Of a DNA stretch of 64,000 nucleotides, positions 9,511 to 19,369 are shown in pieces. Source of the stretch: Verrucomicrobiales bacterium (GTDB lineage Bacteria; Verrucomicrobiota; Verrucomicrobiia; Verrucomicrobiales; V1-33). The notes beneath the pieces were generated by a model, which saw only the letters and a list, made by a program, of their open reading frames with translations, had not been told where the DNA came from and searched no databases. The position numbers were made by a program, and so were the translations under genes. Numbering within the stretch: the stretch's first letter is position 1; each line of letters begins with the position of its first letter. Where the stretch lies: positions 19,477-83,476 of the forward strand of contig JANOAV010000059.1 of NCBI GenBank assembly GCA_031411295.1, written 5' to 3'.

Positions 9511-12500
9511 ATGACTATCAAAACTATCACTTCATTCATGCTGACTGGCTTCTCGCTGGCGGCACCGCTGATGGCCGCTGCTCAAGGCGCTCCAAAACCG
9601 ACCAAAGAAATTCCCGTAGCCGCAGCTCCCGCTCCAAGCGCAACGCCTGATCCAAAGGCGAAGGGTAAAGAAAAGAAAAAAGACCAAGCCTCCAAGCCTG
9701 CCAAAGCAGCAGGAAATCACGGGTTCACCGATGAGCCTGCTGCGGCAACCGCAAAGCGGAATCAAGCCGTAGCCCCTCCTGGCAAAGGCGAGCGCATCGT
9801 GCTGATTGGCAACGGTCTGGCGGAACGGGATGTTTACTACAGTCGCATCGAAACCGAACTGAACCTTCGTTATCCAACGCAGGAGTTAATTTTCCGCAAC
9901 ATGGGGCACGTGGGCGGTACCCCCGGATTCCGTCCCCATCCTTCACGCAAATCCCAGTGGGCATTTCCGGGGGCCGAGAAATTCCACCCCGAACTCAACG
10001 TGCATAAAGGCGAAGGCTTCTTCCCCACCCCCGATCAATGGCTAACGCACCTGAAGGCCGATACCATCGTCGCGTTCTTTGGTTACAACGAATCCTTCGA
10101 AGGCCCCAGCAAAGTCGCCAATTTCCAAGCTGAACTCGATGCCTGGGTCGAGCATACTCTCAGCAAAGCCTACAACGGCCAAGCCGCTCCACGCCTCGTG
10201 CTCGTTTCACCGCTCGCTTACGAGGACCAATCCGCCAAACGCGATCTCCCCACGGGTGAAAATGAGAACAGCAATCTGATCCTTTACGCCTCCGCCATTC
10301 AGACCGTGGCCAAGAAACATGGCCTCACTTACATCGACATCTTCTCACCGATGAAGACGCTCTACCATGAGGCCAAAGCACCACTCACTACCGGTGGCTT
10401 CATTCCCAATGATGCTGGCTATCAACAAGTGGCTAACTTGCTTCTCAATGGCCTCTATGGTCCGGCCACTCGCGCCTCCAAGGCCGACCCCAAGCTCCTG
10501 CACGAAGCCGTCATGGCGAAAGATTATTTCTGGAACAACGACTACAACCTCGTCAATGGAGTTCACGCCTACGGCCGACGCTACAATCCTTACGGTCCGC
10601 AGAACTATCCTGATGAAGTCCAGAAGACGCGGGAGATGACCGCCCTGCGCGACACCCTCATCCACCAAGTCGCCTCCGGTCAAAAGAAGGATCTCAAAGT
10701 CGATGACAGCAAGACCCACGCCCTGCCACCCGTGCCCACGAACTATCAACCGAGCGCCAAGAACGGCAGCGAAACGTATCTCTATGGCGAGGAAGCAGTG
10801 AAGGCGCTCACGGTGCCGGAAGGCTACAAAGTGGAATTGTTTGCCAGCGAGAAGGAGTTCCCGAATCTCGCCAACCCCATGCAAATGTCCTTTGATAACA
10901 AAGGCCGCCTCTGGGTCGCTACCATGCCCACCTATCCAGCCTATCGTCCGGGCGATCCGCTGCCGAACGACAAAATCCTCATCTACGAAGACACCAACCA
11001 CGATGGTAAGGCGGACAAAGAAACGGTCTTTGCCGATCATCTCTATTTGCCCATCGGCTTCGAGTTCGCCCCCGAAGGCGTGTATCTTTCCCAAGAGCCT
11101 AACTTGGTTCTGCTAACTGACACCAATGGCGATGACAAAGCCGACCGCAAAGAAATCATCCTCGGGGGCTTCGACACTCACGACACCCACCACGCCATCA
11201 GCGCCTACACCGCCGATCCCAGCGGTGCCTTCATGCTTTGTGAGGGCGTGTTTCTCCATTCCAACGTCGAAACGCCTTACGGACCAGTCCGTTGCGTGGA
11301 TGGCGGCTTCTTCCGCTACAGCCCGCAGCGGGGCCAACTGGAGCGCACCATCCAGATGAACATTCCCAATCCGTGGGGATTCGTCTTCGACAAATGGGGA
11401 CAAGATTTCCTGCTCTTCACTTCCGGCACCAGCATGAACTGGGCGCTGCCCATGGAGGTGAAACCCACCTTCGGCAGCAAGACGCCCGCCACCATCGACC
11501 TCATCCCCGATGCCCAGAAAGTGCGTCCGACCTCCGGTCTCGAAATCGTCTCCTCACGGCATTTCCCTGACAATGTGCAGGGCGATATCCTCCTCTGCAA
11601 TAACATCGGTTTCCTCGGCATTAAACAACATCAAATCGTGGACGACGGGACTGGCTGGAAGACCACCTTCCGCCAGGATCTGCTGAAGAGTAAAGATGGC
11701 AACTTCCGCCCGGTGGATCTTGAGTTCGCCCCCGATGGCTCGCTCTATGTGATTGATTGGCACAACGTCCTCATCGGCCACATGCAGCACAACGCGCGTG
11801 ATCCTCTGCGCGATCACGTCCATGGCCGGATCTATCGCATCACGTATCCTAGTCGACCGCTCGTGAAGCCCGTGCCAGTGGCTGGAGCCAGCATTCCAAA
11901 TCTGCTCAACAACTTGAAGGAACCCGAGTCCCGCACCCGCTATCGCACCCGTCGCGAACTCCGCAACTATCCTGCCAGCGAGGTGCTGCCCGCAGTGACG
12001 AAATGGGCCTCCACCCAAACCGACACCCACGCCAAGCTCGAAGCCCTCTGGGTCACCTGGGGCCTGAATGCCGCCGATGAAGGCCTGCTGCGAGACCTTC
12101 TCGCCAGCAGCGATTTCCACGCCCGGGCCGCTGCGGTCCGCGTGCTGCGCTACAACACCCACCGCATCAAGGATTACGCCGCCCTCCTGGAAAAAGCTGC
12201 CGCTGACGAACACGGACGAGTGCGCCTCGAAGCTGCGGTGGCTGCCTCTTGGTTGTCGGACACGAGTGCTGCGAAAAAGATCGTGGCCATAGCCGCTAGC
12301 AAGCCGATGGACGAATGGAGCAAAGCCCCCATAAAGACCGCCGCCGACCGACTCAGCGGCATCGTCGAAGTGGAGAAACCAGAGTTTGCGGAAGCCGCCG
12401 CGCCCGCACATCTCGATGCTGCCGGCAAGCAGCAGTTCCTCGCGGGCCAGAAAATTTATCTGCGCGAAGGCCACTGCGTCACCTGTCACCAACCCAACGG

Positions 12501-12834
12501 CAAAGGCTTGGACCCAGCATTCCCGTCAATCGAGAACAGTCCATGGGTTGCAGGCAACAAAGAGCGCCTCATCAAGGTCGCCATGTATGGCCTCATGGGC
12601 CCGCTCGAAATCAATGGCAAGAAATACGACGGCCAAGTCCCCATGACGCCCTTCGGCGGCATGTTAAAAGACGACGAAATGGCCGCCGTGCTTACCTTCG
12701 TCCGTAACAGCTTCGGCAACAAAGCAGACCCCATTTCTCCTGCCGATGTGCAGAAAGTCCGCGCAGCCAATCCCGGCCGACTCATGTTCTATAACCCCAC
12801 CGAGTTACTCAAAGAGTATCCGCTGGAGAAGTAA
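9511..12834 (+). CDS. PVC-type heme-binding CxxCH protein (SGNH-like domain + membrane-dehydrogenase-like beta-propeller + HEAT repeats + cytochrome c)
   Basis: Signal peptide; IVLIGNGLAER SGNH-like block; VELFASE..LANP, FRPVDLEFAPDGSLYVIDW, HGRIYRI propeller motifs; HEAT-like helices; CVTCH with distal MTPF. Confidence 0.85.
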   Translation: MTIKTITSFMLTGFSLAAPLMAAAQGAPKPTKEIPVAAAPAPSATPDPKAKGKEKKKDQASKPAKAAGNHGFTDEPAAATAKRNQAVAPPGKGERIVLIGNGLAERDVYYSRIETELNLRYPTQELIFRNMGHVGGTPGFRPHPSRKSQWAFPGAEKFHPELNVHKGEGFFPTPDQWLTHLKADTIVAFFGYNESFEGPSKVANFQAELDAWVEHTLSKAYNGQAAPRLVLVSPLAYEDQSAKRDLPTGENENSNLILYASAIQTVAKKHGLTYIDIFSPMKTLYHEAKAPLTTGGFIPNDAGYQQVANLLLNGLYGPATRASKADPKLLHEAVMAKDYFWNNDYNLVNGVHAYGRRYNPYGPQNYPDEVQKTREMTALRDTLIHQVASGQKKDLKVDDSKTHALPPVPTNYQPSAKNGSETYLYGEEAVKALTVPEGYKVELFASEKEFPNLANPMQMSFDNKGRLWVATMPTYPAYRPGDPLPNDKILIYEDTNHDGKADKETVFADHLYLPIGFEFAPEGVYLSQEPNLVLLTDTNGDDKADRKEIILGGFDTHDTHHAISAYTADPSGAFMLCEGVFLHSNVETPYGPVRCVDGGFFRYSPQRGQLERTIQMNIPNPWGFVFDKWGQDFLLFTSGTSMNWALPMEVKPTFGSKTPATIDLIPDAQKVRPTSGLEIVSSRHFPDNVQGDILLCNNIGFLGIKQHQIVDDGTGWKTTFRQDLLKSKDGNFRPVDLEFAPDGSLYVIDWHNVLIGHMQHNARDPLRDHVHGRIYRITYPSRPLVKPVPVAGASIPNLLNNLKEPESRTRYRTRRELRNYPASEVLPAVTKWASTQTDTHAKLEALWVTWGLNAADEGLLRDLLASSDFHARAAAVRVLRYNTHRIKDYAALLEKAAADEHGRVRLEAAVAASWLSDTSAAKKIVAIAASKPMDEWSKAPIKTAADRLSGIVEVEKPEFAEAAAPAHLDAAGKQQFLAGQKIYLREGHCVTCHQPNGKGLDPAFPSIENSPWVAGNKERLIKVAMYGLMGPLEINGKKYDGQVPMTPFGGMLKDDEMAAVLTFVRNSFGNKADPISPADVQKVRAANPGRLMFYNPTELLKEYPLEK

Positions 12835-12848
12835 CCTCCTATCATTTC

Positions 12849-14321
12849 ATGAACAAAATCCTAACCAGCATTTTCCTGGCAATCATGGGCTCGGGGCAAG
12901 CCGCCCAGCCCAAGAACGTTTTGTTCCTGGTTTCGGATGATCTCCGGACAGAACTGGGCTGCTATGGCAACGCCATCATCAAGAGCCCTAACATTGATCG
13001 ACTTGCCCAGCAGGGCATGGTCTTCAATCGTGCTTACTGCCAGCAAGCAGTCTGCTCCCCATCGCGCTCCAGCGTGCTTACCGGCACGCGACCAGACACG
13101 ACCAAGGTTTGGGATTTGAATACCCACTTCCGCAAGGCCTTGCCGGACGTGGTGACGCTGCCACAATTGTTCAAGAACCATGGTTACACCGCCCAAGGCA
13201 TGGGCAAAATTTACCATGGTGGATTCACGGACCCAGCCTCATGGTCCGTTCAAACGGAAGGTAGAAAAGCCCCCGATGCAGACGCGGCCCAGAAACCAAA
13301 GGCCGGAAAAAAGAAGCCCTCGGCCGCCAAACCCACTGGCATTGCTACTGAAGACGCCATCCCACTAACAAAGACTGATCGAGGCCCAGCCTTCCGCGCC
13401 ACCGACGAGGAACCGAATGGAGGCGAAGAAGGAGCCCTGGCAAATCAAGCCATTGACGCTCTGCGCAAGTTCAAAGCGGATGCGAAACCGTTTTTCCTAG
13501 CCGTAGGATTTCACAGACCTCACCTCCCATTCAACTCACCCAAGGCCTACTGGGATCTCTATGACCCCGCCAAGATTCCGTTAGCCGTAAATAGTTTCCT
13601 CCCAAAGGACGCCCCCGGTTTCGCCTTGGCGGACAAGAATGAACTATGGTCCTACAGCGGAGTCCCTGACCAAAGTCATTTGCCGGAGGCCTATGCCCGT
13701 CAGCTTAAACATGGTTACTATGCCGCCGTGAGCTACATGGACGCCCAGTTGGGCCGTGTCGTGGATGAACTCGACAAGTTAGGGCTGAGGGAAAACACCA
13801 TCATCATTCTCTGGGGCGACCACGGTTGGAAACTGGGCGAACACGACCGTTGGAGCAAACACAGCAACGTGGAAAATGATGTGCATGCGCCCCTGATCAT
13901 CTCTGTGCCCGGCATGAAAGCCGTTGGAAAGAAGAGCGATGCGCTCGTGGAATTCGTGGACATGTATCCCTCGCTGGCTGAGCTGGCTGGCCTACCGCTG
14001 CCTGCAACCTTGGAAGGAAAAAGCTTCAAGCCCCTGCTCGACGATCCCGCCCTGCCCTGGAAATCCGCTGTCTTCAGCCAATACCCGCGCACCCAGGGCG
14101 GCAAGAAGCTGATGGGTTATTCCATGCGCACGGATCGCTATCGTTTCACCCAATGGGTCGGGCGCGAGGACCACACGATCGTAAATGCGACTGAACTCTA
14201 CGATCACCAGACGGATCCGCAGGAAAACACGAACATCGCCCATGATCCTGCTAACAAAGCGCTCGTCGAAAAGCTCACTGCCCAGTGGCAGGCGGGTTGG
14301 AAAGGAGCGGTGACAAATTGA
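12849..14321 (+). CDS. Secreted sulfatase 7 (iduronate-2-sulfatase-like)
   Basis: NVLFLVSDDLR, QQAVCSPSRSS, GKIYH, GFHRPHLPF, WGDHGWKLGEH. Confidence 0.92.
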   Translation: MNKILTSIFLAIMGSGQAAQPKNVLFLVSDDLRTELGCYGNAIIKSPNIDRLAQQGMVFNRAYCQQAVCSPSRSSVLTGTRPDTTKVWDLNTHFRKALPDVVTLPQLFKNHGYTAQGMGKIYHGGFTDPASWSVQTEGRKAPDADAAQKPKAGKKKPSAAKPTGIATEDAIPLTKTDRGPAFRATDEEPNGGEEGALANQAIDALRKFKADAKPFFLAVGFHRPHLPFNSPKAYWDLYDPAKIPLAVNSFLPKDAPGFALADKNELWSYSGVPDQSHLPEAYARQLKHGYYAAVSYMDAQLGRVVDELDKLGLRENTIIILWGDHGWKLGEHDRWSKHSNVENDVHAPLIISVPGMKAVGKKSDALVEFVDMYPSLAELAGLPLPATLEGKSFKPLLDDPALPWKSAVFSQYPRTQGGKKLMGYSMRTDRYRFTQWVGREDHTIVNATELYDHQTDPQENTNIAHDPANKALVEKLTAQWQAGWKGAVTN

Positions 14322-14430
14322 ACCACCTACAACCATAGCAGAGCGCAGCGGGATGACTGCTTGGCAAGGGATTGTTCCGCACTCAAGGATTGCTCAAATC
14401 TTTTATCCTAAAGATCATGCATTTGTAATT

Positions 14431-16395
14431 ATGAAATCACTCCACCTTATCACCCTGATTCTTTGCACCATCAACGCAAAATCAGCAGAGCCTGCACCCA
14501 GCAACGTCGCAGCCGCGAGCATCAGCAAGCAGTCCCCTGATGGCAATGCTGACATCGTCGTTAGCGGGGAACTGAAGCTGTGGCACAAGGTCACGCTCGC
14601 GCTCGACGGGCCCTTTGCGAAAGAATCGGACACTGCGCCCAATCCCTTCACCGACTTAGCATTCAATGTCACTTTCGCACACGAAAGCGGTGCCCCAAAA
14701 TACACCGTTCCGGGATATTTCGCTGCGGATGGTCATGCGGCCAACTCCAGTGCAGCGGCTGGCACAAAATGGTTGGCTCATGTCTCGCCAGAAAAAATCG
14801 GCACTTGGACCTACACGGTCAGTTTCACCAAAGGCAAGTTGGCGGCACTCGATGGTGGTGGCGAGGCAATGCAGCCATTCGATGGTATTACCGGAAGCTT
14901 CTCAGTTGCCGCGAGCGACAAGACGGGCAGCGACTTCCGCAGTAAGGGCCGCCTGCAGTATGTCGGGAAACATCACCTGCAATTTGCTGGCACCAAAGAG
15001 TATTTCCTTAAGGCTGGGGCGGATGCACCGGAAACGATGCTCGGCTATGCTGACTTCGATAACACGATCGCAGGCAAGGCCGCCAAAGTGCCGCTGAAAA
15101 CGTGGCAGCCTCATGTGCAGGATTGGAAAGCCGGGGACCCGGCGTGGAAAAATGGCAAGGGCAAAGGCTTGATCGGGGCGCTCAATTACCTTTCTGCGAA
15201 GGGCGTAAACGCATTTAGTTTCCTGACCTACAACGCAGCAGGCGATGGTGATAACGTATGGCCATTCGTCGAGCGGAATGATAAACTACACTACGATTGC
15301 TCCAAACTCGACCAATGGGGCATCGTGTTCGATCACGCGACCGCACGCGGACTTTATCTCCATTTCAAAATGCAGGAAAATGAAATGGACGATGACCGGT
15401 TGGGTCATGAGTCCAAGCCGGGCCGCGTTCCTGAATCGCTTGATTGCGGGAAACTTGGACCAGAACGCAAACTATATTGTCGAGAGTTGATCGCTCGTTT
15501 CGGCCATGCGCTCGCGCTGAATTGGAACATCGGTGAGGAGAACACGCAGTCTAGTGAAGAAGTTCGGGACATGGTAAAGTATCTGCACGACACCGATCCC
15601 TATCATCATCACATCGTGCTCCACACGTTCCCCAACGAGCAGGAAAAGAAATACGAGCCACTCATTGGGAACCAATCGCTGCTGACGGGAACCTCATTGC
15701 AAAATGGCTGGAACGCAGTGCACCAGCGCACCCTGCAATGGCTCCGGGCTTCCGACAAAGCGGGCCACCCCTGGGTCGTGGCCAACGATGAGCAGAATCC
15801 GGCCGGACTCGGAGTGCCGCCAGACCCCGGCTACCAGGGCACGGACGGCATCGCCATTGAGAAGGACAAGAAAAAGCAAAATGCCACCACGGGCGACGTC
15901 AAATCAAAGGCCTATACGCTGCACGACATCCGAAAACTAACGCTCTGGGGCAATCTTATGGCCGGAGGAGCAGGCGTGGAATACTACTTCGGCTACGCCT
16001 TGCCAGAGAACGATCTCATTTGCCAAGACTTCCGCAGCCGAGATAAATCCTGGGATTACTGCCGCATCGCCCTAAGTTTTTTCCATGACGAAAAAATTCC
16101 TTTTGCCGACATGCAGAACTCCGATGCGCTCATCGGCAATGCGAAGAACGACAACGCGAAATACTGTTTTGCGAAGGCAGGCGATCTTTACCTGGTTTAT
16201 CTCCCCAATGGTGGGACCAGCGAACTTGATCTAACATCGGCTACCGGCACCTTCCAAGTAAAGTGGTTCAACCCTCGCATCGGCACTTCGCTCCAAGTTG
16301 GTTCAGTAAAATCTGTCGCAGGCGGCGGCAAGGTCAGTCTTGGCGAAGCTCCTACTGATGCCACGGAGGATTGGTTGATCGTGATCCGCAAATAA
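14431..16395 (+). CDS. DUF5060-type protein with TIM-barrel-like core and C-terminal collagen-binding-like domain; putative glycoside hydrolase
   Basis: NPFTD...VPGYFAADG N-terminal motif; WNIGEEN; WGNLMAGGAGVEYYFG; C-terminal YLVYLPNGG...WFNPR...DWLIVI. Start at MKSLHL signal peptide. Confidence 0.7.
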   Translation: MKSLHLITLILCTINAKSAEPAPSNVAAASISKQSPDGNADIVVSGELKLWHKVTLALDGPFAKESDTAPNPFTDLAFNVTFAHESGAPKYTVPGYFAADGHAANSSAAAGTKWLAHVSPEKIGTWTYTVSFTKGKLAALDGGGEAMQPFDGITGSFSVAASDKTGSDFRSKGRLQYVGKHHLQFAGTKEYFLKAGADAPETMLGYADFDNTIAGKAAKVPLKTWQPHVQDWKAGDPAWKNGKGKGLIGALNYLSAKGVNAFSFLTYNAAGDGDNVWPFVERNDKLHYDCSKLDQWGIVFDHATARGLYLHFKMQENEMDDDRLGHESKPGRVPESLDCGKLGPERKLYCRELIARFGHALALNWNIGEENTQSSEEVRDMVKYLHDTDPYHHHIVLHTFPNEQEKKYEPLIGNQSLLTGTSLQNGWNAVHQRTLQWLRASDKAGHPWVVANDEQNPAGLGVPPDPGYQGTDGIAIEKDKKKQNATTGDVKSKAYTLHDIRKLTLWGNLMAGGAGVEYYFGYALPENDLICQDFRSRDKSWDYCRIALSFFHDEKIPFADMQNSDALIGNAKNDNAKYCFAKAGDLYLVYLPNGGTSELDLTSATGTFQVKWFNPRIGTSLQVGSVKSVAGGGKVSLGEAPTDATEDWLIVIRK

Positions 16396-16400
16396 GAGGC

Positions 16401-17810
16401 ATGAAACTGAACGCACTCTTATTACTCCTTCTGTTGGCAGGCGTCGTCCCTGCAGCTGTCGCTGACGGCAATCCCAACATCATCGTCATCCTGACCGATG
16501 ATCAAGGCTACGCGGACTTGGGTTGCCAGGGCGTGGTGAAGGATGTCAAGACGCCTAACATCGACTCGCTGGCCGCAGCGGGAGTGCGTTGCACCGCCGG
16601 TTACATTACAGCGCCACAATGTTCGCCCTCGCGCGCGGGCTTGCTCACGGGCCGGTATCAAGCGCGCTTTGGGCTGGAGGAAATTGCGCTGTGTCCTCTG
16701 CCACTGGAGGAACTCACCATCGCTGAACGACTCAAGCCGGCTGGCTATCGGAACGGTTTCGTCGGTAAATGGCACCTCGACGTCAATGTGCTTTGCGAGG
16801 ATTGGCTGAAGAAAAACGTGACTGACCTGAAGCCCGCCGCACGCGGGTATCAAGTGCCGGCGGGCTTGGCGGAGAAATTCAGTCCCCACGCGCAGGGGTT
16901 CGATGATTATTACTCTGGCGAACTGAAGCGCTACCGCACGAACTTCACCCTCGACGGCAAGGCTGAACCACAGCCGCGCATGGTGAGTGATGATCGCTTT
17001 CGTGTGGACGTGCAGAGCGATGCCGCAGTCGCCTTTATTGAGAAGAACAAGGCCGCGCCTTTTTACCTGCACGTGGCCTACTACGCTCCGCATGTGCCAT
17101 TGGAGGCGACGGCAAAGTATCTCGCTCGTTTCCCGGGCGATATGCCAACCCGCCGACGCTACGCCCTGGCCATGCTGAGTGCCGTTGACGATGGCGTTGG
17201 GCGCATCGTCGCCAAACTGAAGGAGTCCGGTCTCGATCAGAACACACTCATCTTTTTCACCAGCGACAATGGTGCGCCACTCAAGGGCAAGAAAGACGTG
17301 CCCATCGACAATCCCGATGGCGCGTGGGATGGCTCGCTTAACGATCCGCTTAATGGCGAGAAAGGCCAACTGCTCGAAGGCGGCATCCGCGTGCCTTTCA
17401 TCGTCAGTTGGCCAAAAGAGCTACCGTCAGGCAAAACGTATGACCGCCCCGTGAGTTCGCTGGATATCGCGGCCACTGCGCTCCACGTTGCCGGACTCCC
17501 GCACGATCCCAAGCTCGATGGCGTGAACATCCTCCCAAACTTGCGCGGGGAGACCCAGACAGACGCACACCCCGCACTATTCTGGCGTTTCTGGGGACAA
17601 ACAGCAGTTCGCGCAGGCGACTGGAAGCTCATCCGCCAACCGGACCAAAAGGAATTGCTCTTCAATCTTGCGAACGATCTCAGCGAGCAACGCGACCTCC
17701 TTTCCCAGCAACCAGAAAAGGCCCGGGAATTGCGTGAACTCCTCTCCAAATGGGAATCTCAAATGGTCCCACCGAAGCCGCGCGCCGTGGTGAAGGGAGA
17801 AGCATTCTAA
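16401..17810 (+). CDS. Secreted sulfatase 8
   Basis: PNIIVILTDDQGY, CSPSRAGLLTGRY, GKWHL, PHVP, SDNGAP. Confidence 0.92.
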   Translation: MKLNALLLLLLLAGVVPAAVADGNPNIIVILTDDQGYADLGCQGVVKDVKTPNIDSLAAAGVRCTAGYITAPQCSPSRAGLLTGRYQARFGLEEIALCPLPLEELTIAERLKPAGYRNGFVGKWHLDVNVLCEDWLKKNVTDLKPAARGYQVPAGLAEKFSPHAQGFDDYYSGELKRYRTNFTLDGKAEPQPRMVSDDRFRVDVQSDAAVAFIEKNKAAPFYLHVAYYAPHVPLEATAKYLARFPGDMPTRRRYALAMLSAVDDGVGRIVAKLKESGLDQNTLIFFTSDNGAPLKGKKDVPIDNPDGAWDGSLNDPLNGEKGQLLEGGIRVPFIVSWPKELPSGKTYDRPVSSLDIAATALHVAGLPHDPKLDGVNILPNLRGETQTDAHPALFWRFWGQTAVRAGDWKLIRQPDQKELLFNLANDLSEQRDLLSQQPEKARELRELLSKWESQMVPPKPRAVVKGEAF

Positions 17811-17845
17811 GGCAAAGCATCCATCAAAATTCCAAGGCTCATTTT

Positions 17846-19339
17846 ATGAAACAGTTAGCATCCCTCACGACTTTCCTGATCCTTCTCTGCGGCGGCCGCA
17901 CGTTCGCAGATGATCACAAACCCAACATCCTCCTCATCGTCGCTGATGATCTCGGCTATCGGGATCTGGGTTGCTATGGGGCCACGAAAGTTAGCACCCC
18001 GAGAATCGACCAACTGGCCGCTGAAAGTGTTCGTTTCACGGACTCGCATTCCATTTGCGCGACCTGCATGCCATCGCGCTATGCCATTCTTAGTGGAACC
18101 TATTTCTTTAACGCCAAGCGCACACGTGGCTATGCGCTCCACTTTCACGAAGGTCAGGTCACGTTGCCTTCGTTACTCAAGTCGGCAGGTTACCACACCG
18201 CAGCGCTCGGGAAATGGCACAATGGATTCGGTAACGATGATCCTAACTGGAACAACGAGCTGAAGCCAGGACCCATGGAAATTGGCTTCGATTCGTTCTT
18301 CGGCACCCCGCGGACGCACAACGAGCCACCACTCGTTTTTGTCGAGGGACATCATATCGTGGATTTCGACCCCGCCGATCCCATCAGCGTGGATATGGAT
18401 CCAAAGTTTGGACGCTGGGGCAAAACGATTGGTGGCATCAAGGCCCAGGCGGCACGCCCGGACGATCGCATCGATTTCATCCTCGCAGACAAGGCAGAGA
18501 AATTTCTCGCCCAGCAAACCAAGGACATCCCCTTCTTCCTCTATCTCGCCTTCGCATCCGTGCATAACCCGATCAATCCCGCCCCCGACTTCCGTGGCAA
18601 GAGCCGGGCGGGACTCTATGGCGACTACATCCAGCAACTCGATCATTGCACCGGCCTGGTGCTCGATGCCTTGAAGAAACAGGGCTTGGCAGAAAACACC
18701 ATCGTCATCTTCACGAGCGACAACGGTGGTCGCTACGAACGTGAAGCATTAAAAGCTGGCCACCGCACCAACGGTGAATTACTTGGCCAAAAGACCGACG
18801 GCTGGGAAGGCGGACATCGGGTGCCGCTGATGGCACGCTGGCCGGAACACATCAAGCCGGGCACAGTGCGGAAGGAATTCTTTCTCCAAGTGGACCTCAT
18901 GGCCACGCTAGCAGAGGCTGCGCAAATCACCCTGCCTACCAAGGCCTCGCCCGATGGCTCCAGTGAACTAGCCACCTTTCTCAAGCCCGACTCCGCACCT
19001 GCAAAACGCACCGAGGGCGTCATTCAAGGAAGCGGAACTTACATCTTGCGCCAAGGCGACTGGCTCTACATTCCCAAGCAAGGTTCTGCGGGCTATTCTG
19101 CTCCCGAACGAGAAAAACCCTGGTCGGTGCCCTACGCCATGATGGGCTTTAAAAACAGCGACGTTGATGAACACGGCCAGATCAAACCGGACGCTCCCAA
19201 AGAGCAACTCTACGATCTCAGCAAGGATCTCGTGCAGTCGAAAAATATTGCCCTCGAACACCCGGAACGCGTCGCGTCCATGCGCGCAAGATTGGAAACC
19301 CTAACCGGCAAAGGTAAAGCGAAACCCTCACAAGAGTAG
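17846..19339 (+). CDS. Secreted sulfatase 9 (arylsulfatase A-like)
   Basis: PNILLIVADDLGY, CMPSRYAILSG, GKWH, TSDNG, EGGHRVP. Confidence 0.9.
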   Translation: MKQLASLTTFLILLCGGRTFADDHKPNILLIVADDLGYRDLGCYGATKVSTPRIDQLAAESVRFTDSHSICATCMPSRYAILSGTYFFNAKRTRGYALHFHEGQVTLPSLLKSAGYHTAALGKWHNGFGNDDPNWNNELKPGPMEIGFDSFFGTPRTHNEPPLVFVEGHHIVDFDPADPISVDMDPKFGRWGKTIGGIKAQAARPDDRIDFILADKAEKFLAQQTKDIPFFLYLAFASVHNPINPAPDFRGKSRAGLYGDYIQQLDHCTGLVLDALKKQGLAENTIVIFTSDNGGRYEREALKAGHRTNGELLGQKTDGWEGGHRVPLMARWPEHIKPGTVRKEFFLQVDLMATLAEAAQITLPTKASPDGSSELATFLKPDSAPAKRTEGVIQGSGTYILRQGDWLYIPKQGSAGYSAPEREKPWSVPYAMMGFKNSDVDEHGQIKPDAPKEQLYDLSKDLVQSKNIALEHPERVASMRARLETLTGKGKAKPSQE

Positions 19340-19369
19340 CCCACGCGACAACCTCATTATTATACGATC

